NCBI GenBank assembly: GCA_002269645.1
Contig: NIVC01000751.1
Span: 62,001 to 126,000, forward strand
DNA: 64,000 nt
Reading direction: 5' to 3'
Source of the DNA: Macrostomum lignano
Lineage: Eukaryota
In this document: positions 1-13,919 of the stretch, piece after piece
How positions within the stretch are numbered: position 1 is the stretch's first letter
Layout: each line of letters opens with the position of its first letter
Notes under the pieces: model-generated
Told to the model about the DNA's origin: nothing
Databases searched by the model: none
The model's input: only the letters and a program-made list of their open reading frames with translations
Program-made: the position numbers and the translations under genes

Positions 1-443
1 TCCTGAAGCTTCTTTTTCCCCTCTACTAAAGGTTGTCTTTCCCCTCTCCTGAAGCTTCTATTTTCCCTCTACTGAGGCTCTTTTACCTTCTCCTGAATGT
101 TCTCTTTCCCTTCTCCTGAAGGTTCTATTCTCCCTCTACTGAGGCTCTTTTACCTTCTCCTGAAGGTTTTCTTTCCCCTCTCCTGAAGCTTCTTCTTCCC
201 CTCTCCTGAAGCTTCTATTTCCATTCTCCTGAAGGTTCTATTTCCCCTCTCCTGAAGTTTCTATTTCCCCTCTCCTGAAGCTTCTATTTCCCCTCTCCTG
301 AAGCTTCTTCTTCCCCTCTTCTGAAGCTTCTGTTTCTCCTTTACTGAAGCTTCTTTTTCCCCTCTCCTGAAGCTTCTATTTCCCCTCTCCTGAAGCTTCT
401 ATTTCCATTCTCCTGAAGCTTCTATTTCCCCTCTCCTGAAGCT
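1..443. repeat. ~23-24 bp tandem minisatellite (TCCCCTCTCCTGAAGCTTCTATT-like), runs off the window start
   Basis: CTCCTGAAG core recurs with ~23 bp period and diverged copies. Confidence 0.9.
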
Positions 444-1215
444 TTCGCTCCTGTGGTACTGAAGTCCTCCATTCCGGCCCTGAGGACCCCGGACGCGCCG
501 CCCTCCCCAGCTCACTCACCGGGATCATAGCGGAGAACTCCTCGTGCCGCGGGCTGCCGACCTGACCCCCAAACAGGTCGCAGTCGAACGAGGCTCCGCC
601 GCAGACGGCTGAGTAGCACGAGCCGCTGCTTGAGGCCGCCACAGAGGACCCGGCGCAGAGGTAGGGACCGCCGCCTCCGACCTCTTCGCCGCAAATTCGA
701 AACGGGGACTCCAGGGCTGCCTTGCTCCGAGTATTATTGAATAGCCGGATTCAGCAGAGAAAACAGAACTGTTGTTAAGATTTAGGCAGTGAATGAGCGA
801 CAGATGAGGAACTGACCGGGGTTGAAGGAGAGCAGGTGAGCAACTGGTTCGATTCATTTCTCTTTATCAATACCTTGCCGACACCCCCAAATCCCCGCTC
901 CCTCCCTCTCTTACCCCCATCATCCTTTCTTCGCATCCTGTGCTCTCCGCTTACCAACCCCCCCCCCCGAACTGAGGAGATCCCCATAATGTCGGAGTTT
1001 CTGATATCGAATCTGAAGGCCACTGGCTGGGCTGGCACACCTGCGCCACAGGTGAATTTGACACTCAAATTTTGACGCTTTGAATTTATAAGTTCTCAAG
1101 TAAAACTTGAAATTATCGTTGACTGTGATGGCATGTGATAGAAACCTTTTCATTAACTGTTTGTGATGATATCATTGATGCCGATGAGAACATGAATGAC
1201 GCTAAGATAAACAAC

Positions 1216-1259
1216 TAGACAGACAGACAGACAGGACAGGACAGGACAGGACAGGACAG

Positions 1260-1311
<52 letters not shown>

Positions 1312-1562
1312 CACAGGACAGGACAGGACAGGACAGGACAGGACAGACAGACAGGACAGGACAGGACAGGACAGGACAGGACAGACAGACAGACACACAC
1401 ACAGGACAGGACAGGACAGACAGACAGACACACACACAGGACAGGACAGGACAGACAGACACACAGGACAGGACAGGACAGGACAGGACAGGACAGGACA
1501 GACAGACAGGACAGGACAGGACAGGACAGACAGGCAGACAGGCAGGACAGACAGACAGGACG

Positions 1563-1603
<41 letters not shown>

Positions 1604-1867
1604 TCAGACAGACAGACAGACACACAGGACAGGACAGGACAGACAGACAGACACACACAAGACAGGACAGGACAGACAGACACACACACAGGACAGGACA
1701 GGACAGACAGGCAGACAGGCAGGACAGACAGACAGGACGGACAGGACAGGACAGACAGACAGACACACAAGACAGGACAGGACAGACAGACAGACACACA
1801 CACAGGACAGGACAGGACAGACAGGCAGACAGGCAGGACAGACAGACAGACAGACAGACAGTCAGTC

Positions 1868-1900
<33 letters not shown>

Positions 1901-1990
1901 CACACACAGGACAGGACAGGACAGGCAGGACAGACAGACAGGACGGACAGACAGGACGGACAGACAGACACTAAGACAGGCAGAAAAACA
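1216..1990. repeat. compound (AGAC)n/(AGGAC)n microsatellite
   Basis: Direct reading; explains the C/L/S/V/P-rich ORFs at 1153-2013. Confidence 0.95.
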
Positions 1991-2494
1991 GACTTATGAA
2001 GTTTATCCCTCATAGTCAGACAAGAGAAAACGGATGAAAGCGAAATTCAGAAACAGGCAGAGCGAAGAGGCACCCGAGCGAACGCGCAGTGGCACTCAAA
2101 CGGGTCGGCAACCGGTTTTTGGCTCGTGTTGCGCTCAGCAAAGATCACGTTTCCCCACACACTCTCCCTTCTTCCCGATCCCTCACCCCGTCACTCTTAC
2201 TCAAGCCAGCCAGCCGCTGTGTTTTTCATTCCCCTTCGCTTCGGCCCGATTCGAAATCCCCTCAAAACATTGTACCTGCTGCCCCACCGGAGCACACACA
2301 CACACACACACACGCACACACACACCCGATCTCCGGTATAGGTTTTATGAATATCGTCTCTCTGTTTTCACGGTTCAAAAGACCGAGCTAGCGCCGACAA
2401 GTTATGGTTGAGGGAGGCTTGTTGAGTCTTGCATAGATTCAGAGTGCCTTACTAACTCTTGTGAGAACAGCTCTGAGCTTCAGGGTCAGCCGCT

Positions 2495-2990
2495 GTTGTC
2501 TTTCTGTGTCTGCATGTTGTCTTCCTGTGTCTGCATTTTGTCTCCCTGCGTCTGCATTTTGTCTCCCTGTGTCTCCCTATTGTCTCCCTGTTGCTCCATG
2601 TGTCTGCCTGTTGTCTCCCCGAGTCTCCCAGTGCCTCCCTGTGCCTCCCTGTTGTCTCCCTATTGTCTCCCTGTGTCTCCATATTGTCTCCCTAGTGTCT
2701 CACTGTGTCTCACTGTGTCTCCCTGTTGTCTCCCTATTGTCTCCCTGTGTCTCCATATTGTCTCCCTAGTGTCTCACTGTGTCTCACTGTTGTCTCCCTG
2801 TTCCTCCATGTGTCTGCCTGTGCCTGCCTGTTGTCTCCCCGAGTCTCCCAGTGCCTCCCTGTTGTCTCCCTATTGTCTCCCTGTGTCTCCATATTGTCTC
2901 CCTAGTGTCTCACTGTGTCTCCCTGTTGTCTCCCTGTTCCTCCATGTGTCTGCCTGTGCCTGCCTGTTGTCTCCCCGAGTCTCCCGGTGC
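2495..2990. repeat. TGTCTCCC-based minisatellite (reverse-complement relative of the 3415-4095 array)
   Basis: Recurrent TGTTGTCTCCC / TGTGTCTGCC units. Confidence 0.85.
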
Positions 2991-3414
2991 CTCCCTCCGT
3001 CTTCCTGTGCCTTTGTGGGCAGCGAGACTCAGAGATTTATTGTATTTTACAACAAACAATTCATTAATTTCAGGGTGCTGCAATCGAGCTCTTAACACGA
3101 CAAGGAATTCAAATTAGGTAGCAGTCATGTCCGATGGCTTGTTATTTGCGAGTGTTACTCGATTCTTAATGGCCACTTCGAATATGCACATTTTATCATT
3201 CAGTAGTCTACTGCAGACAGTTATTTAATGTTAATCCTGTGTCCTGTTGACAGGGGTCCATCCGGGTTCAGAGGACAAATAATGGCGTTAACTATGTGTG
3301 TTTACAGCGGATCACATCCTGAAGGAACGCCTCTGCATAGGCAGCAATGACTTGCTCAGGCACTTGCCTGCACCGGACTGGGGCGGCAACTGTAAGACAT
3401 GGAATCTGGAGAGG

Positions 3415-4095
3415 AGGGAGACACAGAAAACAGGCAGACACAGGGAGACAACATGGAGACACAGGGAGACAACAGGCAGACACAGGGAGACAACAGGCAG
3501 ACACAGGGAGACAACAGGCAGACACAGGGAGACAAAAGGCAGACACAGGGAGACAACAGGCAGACACAGGGAGACAAAAGGCAGACACAGGGAGACAACA
3601 GGCAGACACAGGGAGACAACAGGCAGACACAGGGAGATAGCAGGCAGACACAGGCAGACAGCAGGCAGACACAGGGAGACAGCAGGCAGACATAGGGAGA
3701 CAACAGGCAGACACAGGGAGACAACAGGGAGACACAGGGAGACAACAGGGAGACACAGGGAGACAACAGGGAGACACAGGGAGACAACAGGCAGACACAG
3801 GGAGATAGCAGGCAGACACAGGGAGACAGCAGGCAGACATAGGGAGACAACAGGCAGACACAGGGAGACAACAGGGAGACACAGGGAGACAACAGGGAGA
3901 CACAGGGAGACAACAGGGAGACACAGGGAGACAACAGGCAGACACAGGGAGACAACAGGCAGACACAGGGAGACAACAGGCAGACACAGGGGGACAACAG
4001 GGAGACACAGGGAGACAGCAGGCAGACACAGGGAGACAGCAGGCAGACACAGGGAGACAATAGGGAAGACAGGCAGACACAAGGAGACAGGGAGA
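3415..4095. repeat. 21-bp minisatellite GGCAGACACAGGGAGACAACA, ~30 copies
   Basis: Clear 21-bp period; produces the 7-aa periodic ORFs. Confidence 0.95.
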
Positions 4096-4574
4096 CATTA
4101 AATTAGTCAATCAACTTCATCTCTAGCTTTCGCCCCAGTGCATTTCCAGTTTCCATTTCTGAGAGCACACTTATACACTCTCCTATTCCCTAATTGAGCA
4201 AGGATTCAGTTCTCAGAGAGACAAGAATTTTGGTTCGAATTTCGGGCATTCATCTATCGAATTGAAATCCTGCGCCCCCCATTATTTGCTGCTTTTTATG
4301 CTTTTCCCCTCTTCGCTTCCTTATCTGTTTTATCTCAGCCGTTTCTTAAGTGCCTTTCTGCCATATTTTGCCATTAGCCTCCAATTTCGAGTCCGGAGCC
4401 GAGGTCACGCTCCATTTCGAATTTCATTCATCTCCTGGCTCTCAAGTATCTTTTTTTTGTGGCTAATCTTCTTGTGTAACTCTACGGATATCGTTGGACA
4501 AATTGTTGCATCCTTTTGTTGTTGCCCTTTGAAAGAGCTCGAAACATTAACTCCAGTGTTTACCGACTCCAAGA

Positions 4575-5235
4575 TTCATACATTTGAATATTCACAAACT
4601 CTTAGATTCACAAATTAGAATTGATTCACAAACTACAAGATTCACAAACTCTTAGATTCACAAATTAGAATTGATTCACAAACTACAAGATTCACAAACT
4701 GCAAGATTCACAAATTCTTAGATTCACAAATTAGAATTGATTCACAAACTACAAGCTTCGAAAACTACAAGATTCACAAATTCTTAGATTCACAAATTAG
4801 AATTGATTCAAAAACTACAAGATTCACAAACTGCAAGATTCACAAACTACAAGATTCACAAATTCTTAGATTCACAAATTAGAATTGATTCACAAACCAT
4901 AATTGATTCACAAACTACAAGATTCACAAACTGCAAGATTCACAAACTACAAGATTCACAAACTCTTAGATCCACAAATTAGAATTGATTCACAAACTAC
5001 AAGATTCACAAACTTCAAGATTCACAAACTGCAAGATTCACAAATTGAAAGATTCACAAATTGCAAGATTCACAAACTACAAGATTCACAAACTACAAGC
5101 TTCGAAAACTACAAGCATCGCAAACTACAAGATTCACAAATTGCAAGATTCACAAACTACAAGCTCCACAAAATAAAAAATTCACAGACTAGAAGCTTCA
5201 CAAAAAATTCAGAAACTACAAGATTCATAAACTGT
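4575..5235. repeat. ~16-bp minisatellite GATTCACAAACTACAA with TTAGAATT variants
   Basis: GATTCACAAA core repeated many times. Confidence 0.9.
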
Positions 5236-5975
5236 AATCCAGCAGCTGCTCAAAGATTCAAAACCCTTAGCATTGAACTTCCAAACTGTCAAGAAACTCT
5301 GGCACACAGTCAGTCAGTGATCGAAATGCATGATTTTGAGCCGAATATATCTGATACACTTAAACTCAGGTGAACCATTCGACAAGAGTAGCTACACGAT
5401 TATGGTTTAAATCAGAAAAAAACTCTCAGTCCCAAACATGGCAGGCACAGGACAGAGTTCTCAACTAGCAACCCTAGGAACTACAGCTAGGAGAAAGGGA
5501 AGCAAGGGAGAAGGCATTGAGTAGCGATGCAGTTTTAGCAAACAGCCGAGGACATAACTAAATAGCGTTTTGGGCTTCTCAATCATTCCGTCCTCATAGC
5601 TGGTACTGTAGGGTTTATTTCAACAAGAGAAGAGAGAAAAAACTCTTTACTGGGGACGAATAAAATCTCCCTGTTGCGTGAGAACTTGCTATTAAGGCTT
5701 GCTTAAGACTAAGGTAAGCGAGGGTGTATATTAGAGAGCCGTGAGTCGCGGTTTGGGTCTGTGACGGCTGTAAATTGATCGCAAGTTTTATTATTATTAA
5801 ATATTATTAATGCTGGTCTGATTTTGATACTGCATACATAGTGTTGTTACTAGTATTGTAAGTGCAGTTTATGAATATAAGATGCACTGACACTATGTGT
5901 TTGTACTTCTTGCAATGCTTTGCAATTCGTTCTGACGGGACCTGCTGTCCGATTGAGGTCCCACCTGGCCGTTAC

Positions 5976-6083
5976 ATCGCGGCGTTGTTCCAGTCGGTGG
6001 TCGAAACTATCGTGCTGTACAACGCCAAGACCTGAATGCTGACGGACTCATCCGAACAGCAAGTTGACGCGGCGCATTACTAG
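5976..6083 (+). pseudogene. LINE (RTE-like) ORF2 C-terminal fragment
   Basis: Reads IAALFQSVVETIVLYNAKT*MLTDSSEQQVDAAHY, matching the post-RT motif 'LFxSxVESVLLYxAETWxLT..EQ.IDAxH'; the W codon is TGA. Confidence 0.65.
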
Positions 6084-6144
6084 GCTACAACCCCTCTTTG
6101 TGCAAGTTTGCAGACTGCAATTTGTAAAAAGACCATAAATGATG

Positions 6145-6385
6145 TAAAAGACCACCATGGTGCACAAAGACCACAATGGTGCACAAAGACCACAATGGTG
6201 CACAAAGACCACCATGGTGCACAAAGACCACCATGGTGCACAAAGACCACAATGGTGCACAAAGACCACCATGGTGCACAAAGACCAACCATGGTGTACA
6301 AAGACCACAATGGTGCACAAAGACCACCATGGTGCACAAAGACCAACCATGGTGTACAAAGACCACAATGGTGCACAAAGACTAC
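6145..6385. repeat. 21-bp minisatellite ATGGTGCACAAAGACCAC(C/A)
   Basis: Direct reading, ~11 copies. Confidence 0.9.
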
Positions 6386-6826
6386 ATGCACAATTCGCAC
6401 GAGTACTGAGACTGCATTGCGACATAAATAAAGGCAAACTAAATGCTTAATCAGTCAATTAAAAAAATTATAATCATCTTTCAAAAAACCGTAGCTACAA
6501 AAACGTTGTTAATGTCTACAAAAATATTTTACAACAGCAAAATAAAAGATTGAATAATTATTCCCTTGAGGACAAGCAACTTGTTATTAAATAGTGATAT
6601 AATCTGTCCAATTACCAGACTCAAATTTCAATCAGAAATCACTGCTACTAAGCCTGTCAGCTGAAGCATTTCCGCGAAAGCGAAGGAGAAGAAACTGATG
6701 AAGAAGCACAGAAGCCAGTTCTCAAGCCATCCTCCCTGTCCCTGCGCCCCCCTATGTCTTTGAGCATTCTGTCGTTATTAAAATGGCTCCCATTACTGAC
6801 AGCAGCTGCTCCAGTGTATTGAGCGA

Positions 6827-6861
<35 letters not shown>

Positions 6862-9800
6862 CATGTAATGTCACAGTGGCCTTTTTCGCCCAAAGGCAGT
6901 CAGTCAGGGGGAGGGGGATTGCTCGAGAAGCTCGAGAAGAAGCAGAATTCAATACGATTTGGATCCTGGGGGGGGGGGGGGAGAATGAAAAAGCAGGTCT
7001 TTATACCCTTTTCTTTTGCCCGATGGAAGAATCCCCGTTTGTGAAGCCGGCTGGATGCAGCGGCCCGCACGCATCGATGGGTCGAGCAAGAGATGAAATA
7101 AATCGATTATTTTAACGGGGGGGGGGGCAACCGTCCTCCATTGCAGACCCGCCGAAAAGACCAGTTGCTTTTTGCGGCAGAAAAACCATCTCAGATGCAG
7201 AGCAAGATGGATTTTAAGTCAAGCGAGACAAATTTAACTAAGCTAATAGAAAATCGGTATGAGAAGGGATATGAGATGGGGGCTTAGAATTGGCTTAAGC
7301 TTATTGATTTCGCTAAGCACAATGTCCCGGTAAGTCTCTAATTTCCCCAATTATTAATAGTCGATAAGTTGTGAGGCCAGGGCAATCTAATTGAGACAAG
7401 AGAGAGCTTCGAATTAATTTGAAAACGTTCGATTTAAGATTTTAAGTTTGACGAAACTTCGATTAAAACTTTGGTCTCGTTTTGTTTTGTTTCAGAATTT
7501 CAGAATAAAGTTCCGAACAATTTTAGAAAATGCAGACGTTTTTAGTACTAATCTCAGCTTAAGGAAGAGCAGCTCGGTGATAAGTGTCTGGCTCTTACGC
7601 CATGCTGGACCACTGGTTCCATTCGGAATTCCGTGCGCGGTCACATTCATTAGCTGGGGGATTGTCGTGTGATTCACAGCCCCAATTATAGAAATTCAGG
7701 GCCGGTAGTGCGATTTTATGCTCAGGAGTCAGCGAAATTGGGCAGAATCTCCTCAGTGGGAAGATGTTGAATCTTTCTAAAAACCACTGTAGAGAACACA
7801 ACAAATGTACTGAAGGTTTTTTCAGGTTCCAAATAATCTCTAAACTACATAAATATTGTTGAAGTCTTTTAAGGGACATCAGTCTAGTTAAGTCGGCTGA
7901 TCTGTCAAAGAAACAGGAAAGAAAACTGCTTAAAAAGATGGGCAATAATCTTTTTTGAGTAGGATATCAAGGATGCCCGGCCGACTGTGTATTTTGATGT
8001 GAGTCAATCACTCGACCGTGGACTGACATGAAAGCGCGCTTAAACACGGGATTAAAGCTCTCGAACCTCGACTATAGTAGCTAAGTATCTCGAATGCAAC
8101 AGCGATTTCAGTTATCGCATGTAGTGAATTCCTTGCTCACAACATTTTGTAATGGATTTAATGGGCTTACTTCAGACCCTATTTTTCGCTTTGATTCCTA
8201 ACATAATTTCGACTTTTAAGAGGCCAATTTTTTCACTACTCAGCGTCATGGCCTGTGGAATTGGGAGCGCACTGTATGCAATATTTCAATCATCTTGCCA
8301 AGTCAGTTCTTTTGATCATATTTTCTCGATGCTGTGCTGCAAAATCCCCGTTTCACGCTCTACATGCGGTTGTGCCTTTGATTTTTGACTGAACCGTTTT
8401 TTGAGCCGAGTCAATGTCTGACTCTTCTGTTTAGAATGTTGAATGGCGATGTTAAGACTAGAAATCTGAAAGGAATCATTCTCATAAAAAAGCACCGATC
8501 GAGATAAACAGAGGAAGACAAAGTGCATTTCTTTGGAGTTCTTAGTCACGCGAGACACATATTGAGTTATTTATTTATACTTTCCAATCGAAAAATTCGA
8601 TTTCAATTGAAATTAAAACAAAAATTCTCAATTCTCAATTGCTGCTTTTTGACAACTTTAAAAGGAATGAAAAGCACTGAAGAACAAATAATAAAGTTTA
8701 AATTTTCGTAACGGAATATTATACGTCGAATTTGCACATTGACTTGCTAAATCAATATTTCATCGCCTGATACGATCGTAAAAGTGTACATTGACAGTCC
8801 ATTCCATCCACACTTCTCGTATTAGAGGCAGGAGGCTGTTTACATCGTCACACGAGACTGGCTAGAGGCATTACTGCCCATTTCGCCGACTCCCCTGACC
8901 AGACAGTCATACCGCCCCAAATTTACAGTGATAAATTTACATTGTCCCACTCCGCCCCCTAGCCACCCCATGCGGTGGCCTATTCTGTTGGTACGATGGC
9001 GTTGGAGTGGATTGCTTGAGGAACGAGCTAGCGGAACAGGACCTCCGTCACCAGGCTCCATCCAAGCGGTGACATCCCAGAGCGACAAAGCTGTTGCCAA
9101 CGGGATGCCATGGAGTGCTGAATGGCAGATGCTATAACTTCTAGGTGAAATCAGTAAAACAAATAAATATATTGAGTCAACATAGATGCATCAGTGTTCT
9201 AATTCCTAAAGAGACGTCTGAAATTACTAAAATAGGTTAATTAAGTATTCTTAATATACTGTAACGTCAACGGATTACCGTTTACTCACGATCGGTCGTT
9301 GACATTTTAGCGAAAGCATGTTAAAAAGTTAAGATGATTTTAACGCTTTTAACATTAACGGTAATTGCACGATTGTTCATTTACGATGCCCAACACACTG
9401 TCATCGCTATTTAAAAGCGACAAAAGAGCGCCCAACAGACGCCAATAAGACTTGTGGTTACAATACGAATCGAAGAGCGACGTGACGACTTGATATTGTG
9501 ACAGTCAGTAGCGTAAGCCATCATTGCTCTGGTCTCTCTTGTCTTTGCTGACTTTTCCGAGTAGTTAAGAGGATTATTAAATTCCCAAGGTCGCTAATTC
9601 GCATCCCCCCGTGACTCTGGATAAATCTACATCGACTGCAGTCCACTCCATCCATCCATTTCAAGTGTGCTGTCACGACTGGCTACATCAAATTTAGCAA
9701 TGGGAAAATCGAGTGTCTCTAATATTCCATATTTCGTTTACCCTGGTACCTTTCAATTCACTGTCACGCAAGCATTGAGCCCGCATTCTTTGGCTCGAGA

Positions 9801-10029
9801 TCCTCCGAGGGCTACTGGTGCTAATCTGTTGTCAGATTTTTTCTCTGGCCATTCCGCATGAAAGCGATACTGCAGGCATGCAAGAATGAGGATTTTTTCC
9901 CTAATCCCCAATTATCAAGAATGCGTTGTCAAAGTCTCGAAGAGAATGGTTTTAATTGATGGAAAAATGATTTTCATGAGCTCGATTCCATCAGTATTCT
10001 AATTAAGCTCTGTCTGAATCTGATCTCCT

Positions 10030-10175
10030 TAAATTGGCATCGAGCAAGGAGTCCTAGAACCTGGACTAACAGTCCCTGGTTCGATTCCGTGCGCGGCCAC
10101 GTTTATTTGAGACTTGTGCACGAAAAATAGCCCGAGGGGTTGTCGTGACATCAAGACCCAAATAGTTAAGCCCCC
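10030..10175 (+). mobile_element. possible tRNA-derived SINE; related degenerate copy at ~7565-7690
   Basis: B-box-like GGTTCGATTCC followed by GTGCGCGGCCAC; TTCCGTGCGCGG and TTGTCGTG also occur in the 7.6 kb copy. Confidence 0.35.
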
Positions 10176-10204
10176 AGGCACAGATAGTGTACATGCCTGC
10201 CGAT

Positions 10205-10819
10205 TAGAAAGTCAACGGCCTGCTGTACACTCCATGTGAGCGTGTGTAGCTGCAGGGTCCACCAACCGGCTGATGCAGCGTGGAGGCGGGAACTATAACT
10301 TCCATGGAAGTGATGTCGCTCGGGAAAACCCGTCGGTCTCGCTTGCAGTGCGGTATTGTATTCCTCACCGGCGGTATGCTCTTGGGCTTGCAACCGTCAG
10401 AAAGAACCGGGTTTGGCCCGAGGTGAGTGAGCCTGCCCCTCGTGAATACCGGGCATTGGCAGATAATTTGCTAATCTATTGTACTATTAGCAGTAAGTCA
10501 AGTCTATGACTCTGGTGGAAAGCAGTCTTCCTTCCAAGAATACGCTCGTAAGTCTGCCGATCCAGTTAAAAGTAAAGCAAAAGCCGACAAGCAGGCAAGG
10601 ATTTACGATACTGAAAAGGTGCCGCGGTATCTAAACTTCCTACTCGTTGAGACGAAGGATAACCATCTATTTCCACGGCCACTAGTAAACTCTACAAACG
10701 GCAGTCCTGTGTTTTCAACGAAACAGAATCGCGGTGTAAACTATCTTGTTTGATTTATGCATAACTTGAGCGAGAAGGCTGGTCTATCAAAGATGTATTC
10801 TAATCACAGCATCAAGTAA
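10205..10819 (+). pseudogene. Crypton/DUF3504-type tyrosine recombinase remnant A (frameshifted)
   Basis: Across frames: RKVNGLLYTP...; LQCGIVFLTGGMLLGLQPSE (box I-like); then NHLFPRP...KQNRGVNYLV*FMHNLSEKAGLSKMYSNHSIK* (10532-10819). Confidence 0.75.
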
Positions 10820-10892
10820 TATAAATTCTATTGATCTAAAAAATCTCTGTATCTTAGACAAAGCATGCTAACCTGATCCTTGTTCATATACC

Positions 10893-10993
10893 AATATGGA
10901 TGGGCTGCTTAGGACAGAAATGAGCGAAACGGTCGAGGCGCGGAGCGCCGAGGCTGATTCACTTATTTCTGCCCGTAGCAACCTATCCATATT
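10893..10993. other. 101-bp imperfect palindrome with apex CGA-GGCGC-GGA-GCGCC-GAG
   Basis: Arms AATATGGATGGGCTGCTTAGGACAGAAATGAGCGAA vs reverse complement AATATGGATAGGTTGCTACGGGCAGAAATAAGTGAA; centred at 10943. Confidence 0.85.
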
Positions 10994-12889
10994 ATTATGT
11001 AAAAGATGAAGCACGCTTTTCTGGGCACTATTTTTTCGAGTTGTATAATCTGGCCCCAAAGAATGGCACCAGGGCAGACAGTGTACCCAGCAGGATCATC
11101 TCCAACTACGACTGGAAGCCCCCATCTGTGAGAGTCAAGGATGCACCCGAAGCCAACGCGATGTTTCTTCCCGGTGTTACGGTTTAGAACCTCCCGGGGC
11201 TCCGGCCAGTTTTGGGTCGCCGATCCGGAGACTGCAAACGGGCTGGGATCTCCGACCGGAGACTTTAAAGGGTGTAAGATCTCCTTCGGAGACTACAAAC
11301 GGTTATGGGTCTCCGCGATAGGAGATCCGTAAAAACCGTTGTGGGATCTCTAGGGCATGGTCAGTTCTCCCCATCCGGAGATCCTAAACCAGATTCTGTT
11401 GTCCCCTCGGAGATTCTGCACCGTTTGCTATGTCGAAAATTATAATATTTAGCTTTTTATTGTATATGGGAACCTTCTCTTAACCAACATCGTCAGTAAT
11501 TTTTCCATTTCAAGGCATTTTCCAAATGAGGAAGTAGTTTTCTATGTAGCTCGCAAATTTCGCAGCCGTCATGCAGGCCATGTCAGGGAAAAATAGCAAG
11601 CTTTGGTAAATAGGAGTAAATGTGTTGTCAGCACTTTTTCCGCAATACAATTGTAACAAAAAACTGGAAATGCTCTTTTTCCCTCATACGCCTTTAAATT
11701 GCTTTTCTCTTCGGCGTTCAGTTCGACAAGGACTTGTGCGTGGTCATTGTTCAGTACATGGAGAATATTTGATTACAAAGTAGCCAAATTAGAAATTATT
11801 ATTACTATTATTATTACTATTAGAAAGTAAGAAAATCCCAAACTGAAAATGGCTCATCATATGCCTTCACTGCTTTTATACGAGCTACAATTTGCAATTT
11901 TTTCACTTTTCGCGCTCAATGGCTCATTCCTTCCGCCGTCAAATTACGCAATCAAATCATTCGACTTACGAGTACGAGTACAGTACAGTACATACAAGAC
12001 GACAAACAAGTCTAACCAAGCCTAAATTTAGCCTCACTTGATTGATGGGCTGTGTGACGGGGCGTATGAACTAAATAGATAAACTTATCGAAAAAGTTGC
12101 GCAAGCTAGGCTGCTCACATGCTGGGCTTTTTAAAATCAGAGAAATTTAATATAGCTTTTATTTTCTAAGATAACAATACTCCGGAGAGTCTAGCATGGC
12201 GGCGATCTCTAACATTATCTTATGTCGGGGTTTCTGATATCCGTGCGGGCGATTGTAAAATCGCGTAATTTTTCGTGTTGGATCTCCGGGCCGGAGATCC
12301 TTAACTCCGGAGAACAGAAACCCTAACACCAGGACTGAAGTGTTCGTGAAGCCAGCGAATGCCCGGTGCACGGAAGAGTGGCCACGCGGCCAGGTGACGG
12401 GTCCAACCGGAGGCGTATCGGTGGAAGTCAACGGACTACTGCGCTATGTGGCTGACGAACGAACCTCGAAGGTCGAAGCGCAGGAGGTCGGCACCCCAGC
12501 GCTATGTACCATCCTGACATGTGATCTTGAGATCAGGGGGAAATATTGTACTTTAACTACTGCTATCTTTGTTACACCGTTGCCGTTGCTTGTTGCCATA
12601 GACATCTTAGTTCTGTACTACGTTAAATTGAGCGTGCGCAGCGCAGCCTTCGCATTAAATAAACCTTCTGCTCTGCCAGCGCTCTGTAACTACCCAAACT
12701 ACAAAAGGGTCGAGGGCGCCAAGTAAATATTGCCCGGAAAATAACGTGCTTTATCTCATATTGAGCATGTTGGGAGCCTCATAGATTTTCCGAGCATCAA
12801 GTAAATAGTGCCCGGAAAAAAATGGACTGCTGGGTGCAGCTTATGTCTATGACCAAGTTCGAAGTTAACGAGTATGTACGAGTAAGCTA

Positions 12890-13919
12890 CACTTTTTTAC
12901 TTCCAATTTTGAAAAACATGCTCTCAAATATTGACATCTTGGCATTCAATCTTGACAGTCTGTGGTATCGCTTATCGAAATGTTCAACCCATTTTGACAA
13001 ACTCAGATGCAATAATCACAATTTTCAATCGAAAATGACGAACTCCAAACTTTATTAAAAATTAGCTAGCAATTTTGACAGTGTGCATTCAATTTTGACG
13101 CTGGGGTAAAAAACAGTGCCTTTGTCCTGCCGTCTATGGAACATAACTTGCGTATGTGCATCCATTATTTGACAGAGTGCATCCAAAAGTGTCACATTGT
13201 ATCAGTACAAATTGAAACATTATTTTGATGTCTTATTACATTCTGTATGGCAGGTCTGCGAGTCAACTCCAAAGTTAGCGACGACAGGAGCCGGTTTATT
13301 GCTGCCTACGAGTATGAGAATGGTGACGATTTTTTTCACTTGGCTCGTGCTTTGAGGATCAAAGGAACCACAGCGTATGCAGTAGCAGTGTAGCAGTGGA
13401 CGAGTATAAAGCTGCCAAAAGGAGGTCAGACATTCAGACGAGTTGATCAGCTTCATGATCATGGAGTTCATGAAGAACTCGATTGATCCTTCATCTAGTC
13501 TTGCTATGGATGGGACCTGGGTTCGGCGAACACTCTCCGGGGCGATTGGCCACGGCGAATTCTCGCCAGGTCAGTCAGGGCGCGTATGCCCGGCTAGGGT
13601 TGGGATTGGAGCTATAACTGTCACTTTTGAATGCAGTCTGTCAAAAAGATGCACATATACAAGTTTTGTTCCATAGACGGCAGGACAAAGGCACTGTTTT
13701 GTACCCCAGTGTCAAAATTGAATGCACACTGTCAAAATTGCTAGCAAATTGGTAATAAAGTTTGGAGTTTGTCATTTTAGATTGAAAATCGTCATTATTG
13801 CATCTGAGTTTGTCAAAATAAGTTGAACATTTCGATAAGCGATACCACAGACTGTCAAAATAGAATGCACAGATGTCAACATTGAGAGCATATTTTTCAA
13901 AATCGAAAGTAAAAAGGTG
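12890..13919 (+). mobile_element. Tc1/IS630-like non-autonomous element with ~300-bp TIRs and TA duplication
   Basis: TA|CACTTTTTTAC...GTAAAAAGGTG|TA; long inverted arms ~12890-13196 and ~13620-13919; internal HTH-like remnant SDDRSRFIAAYEYENGDDFFHLARALRIKGTTAYAV at ~13280-13390. Confidence 0.8.

Noticed and set aside
520-760. Possible minus-strand exon ending at CCG|GTGAGT (519/520)
   Set aside because: Good donor and GC-rich, but no recognisable protein, no defined acceptor and no partner exons.
1153-4110. Long ORFs of 200-290 aa
   Set aside because: Translations of microsatellite and minisatellite arrays; periodic and open in several frames on both strands.
10255-10422. Apparent host exon (CAG acceptor to GAG|GTGAGT donor)
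   Set aside because: Overlapping frames read as Crypton DUF3504 sequence continuous with 10532-10819.
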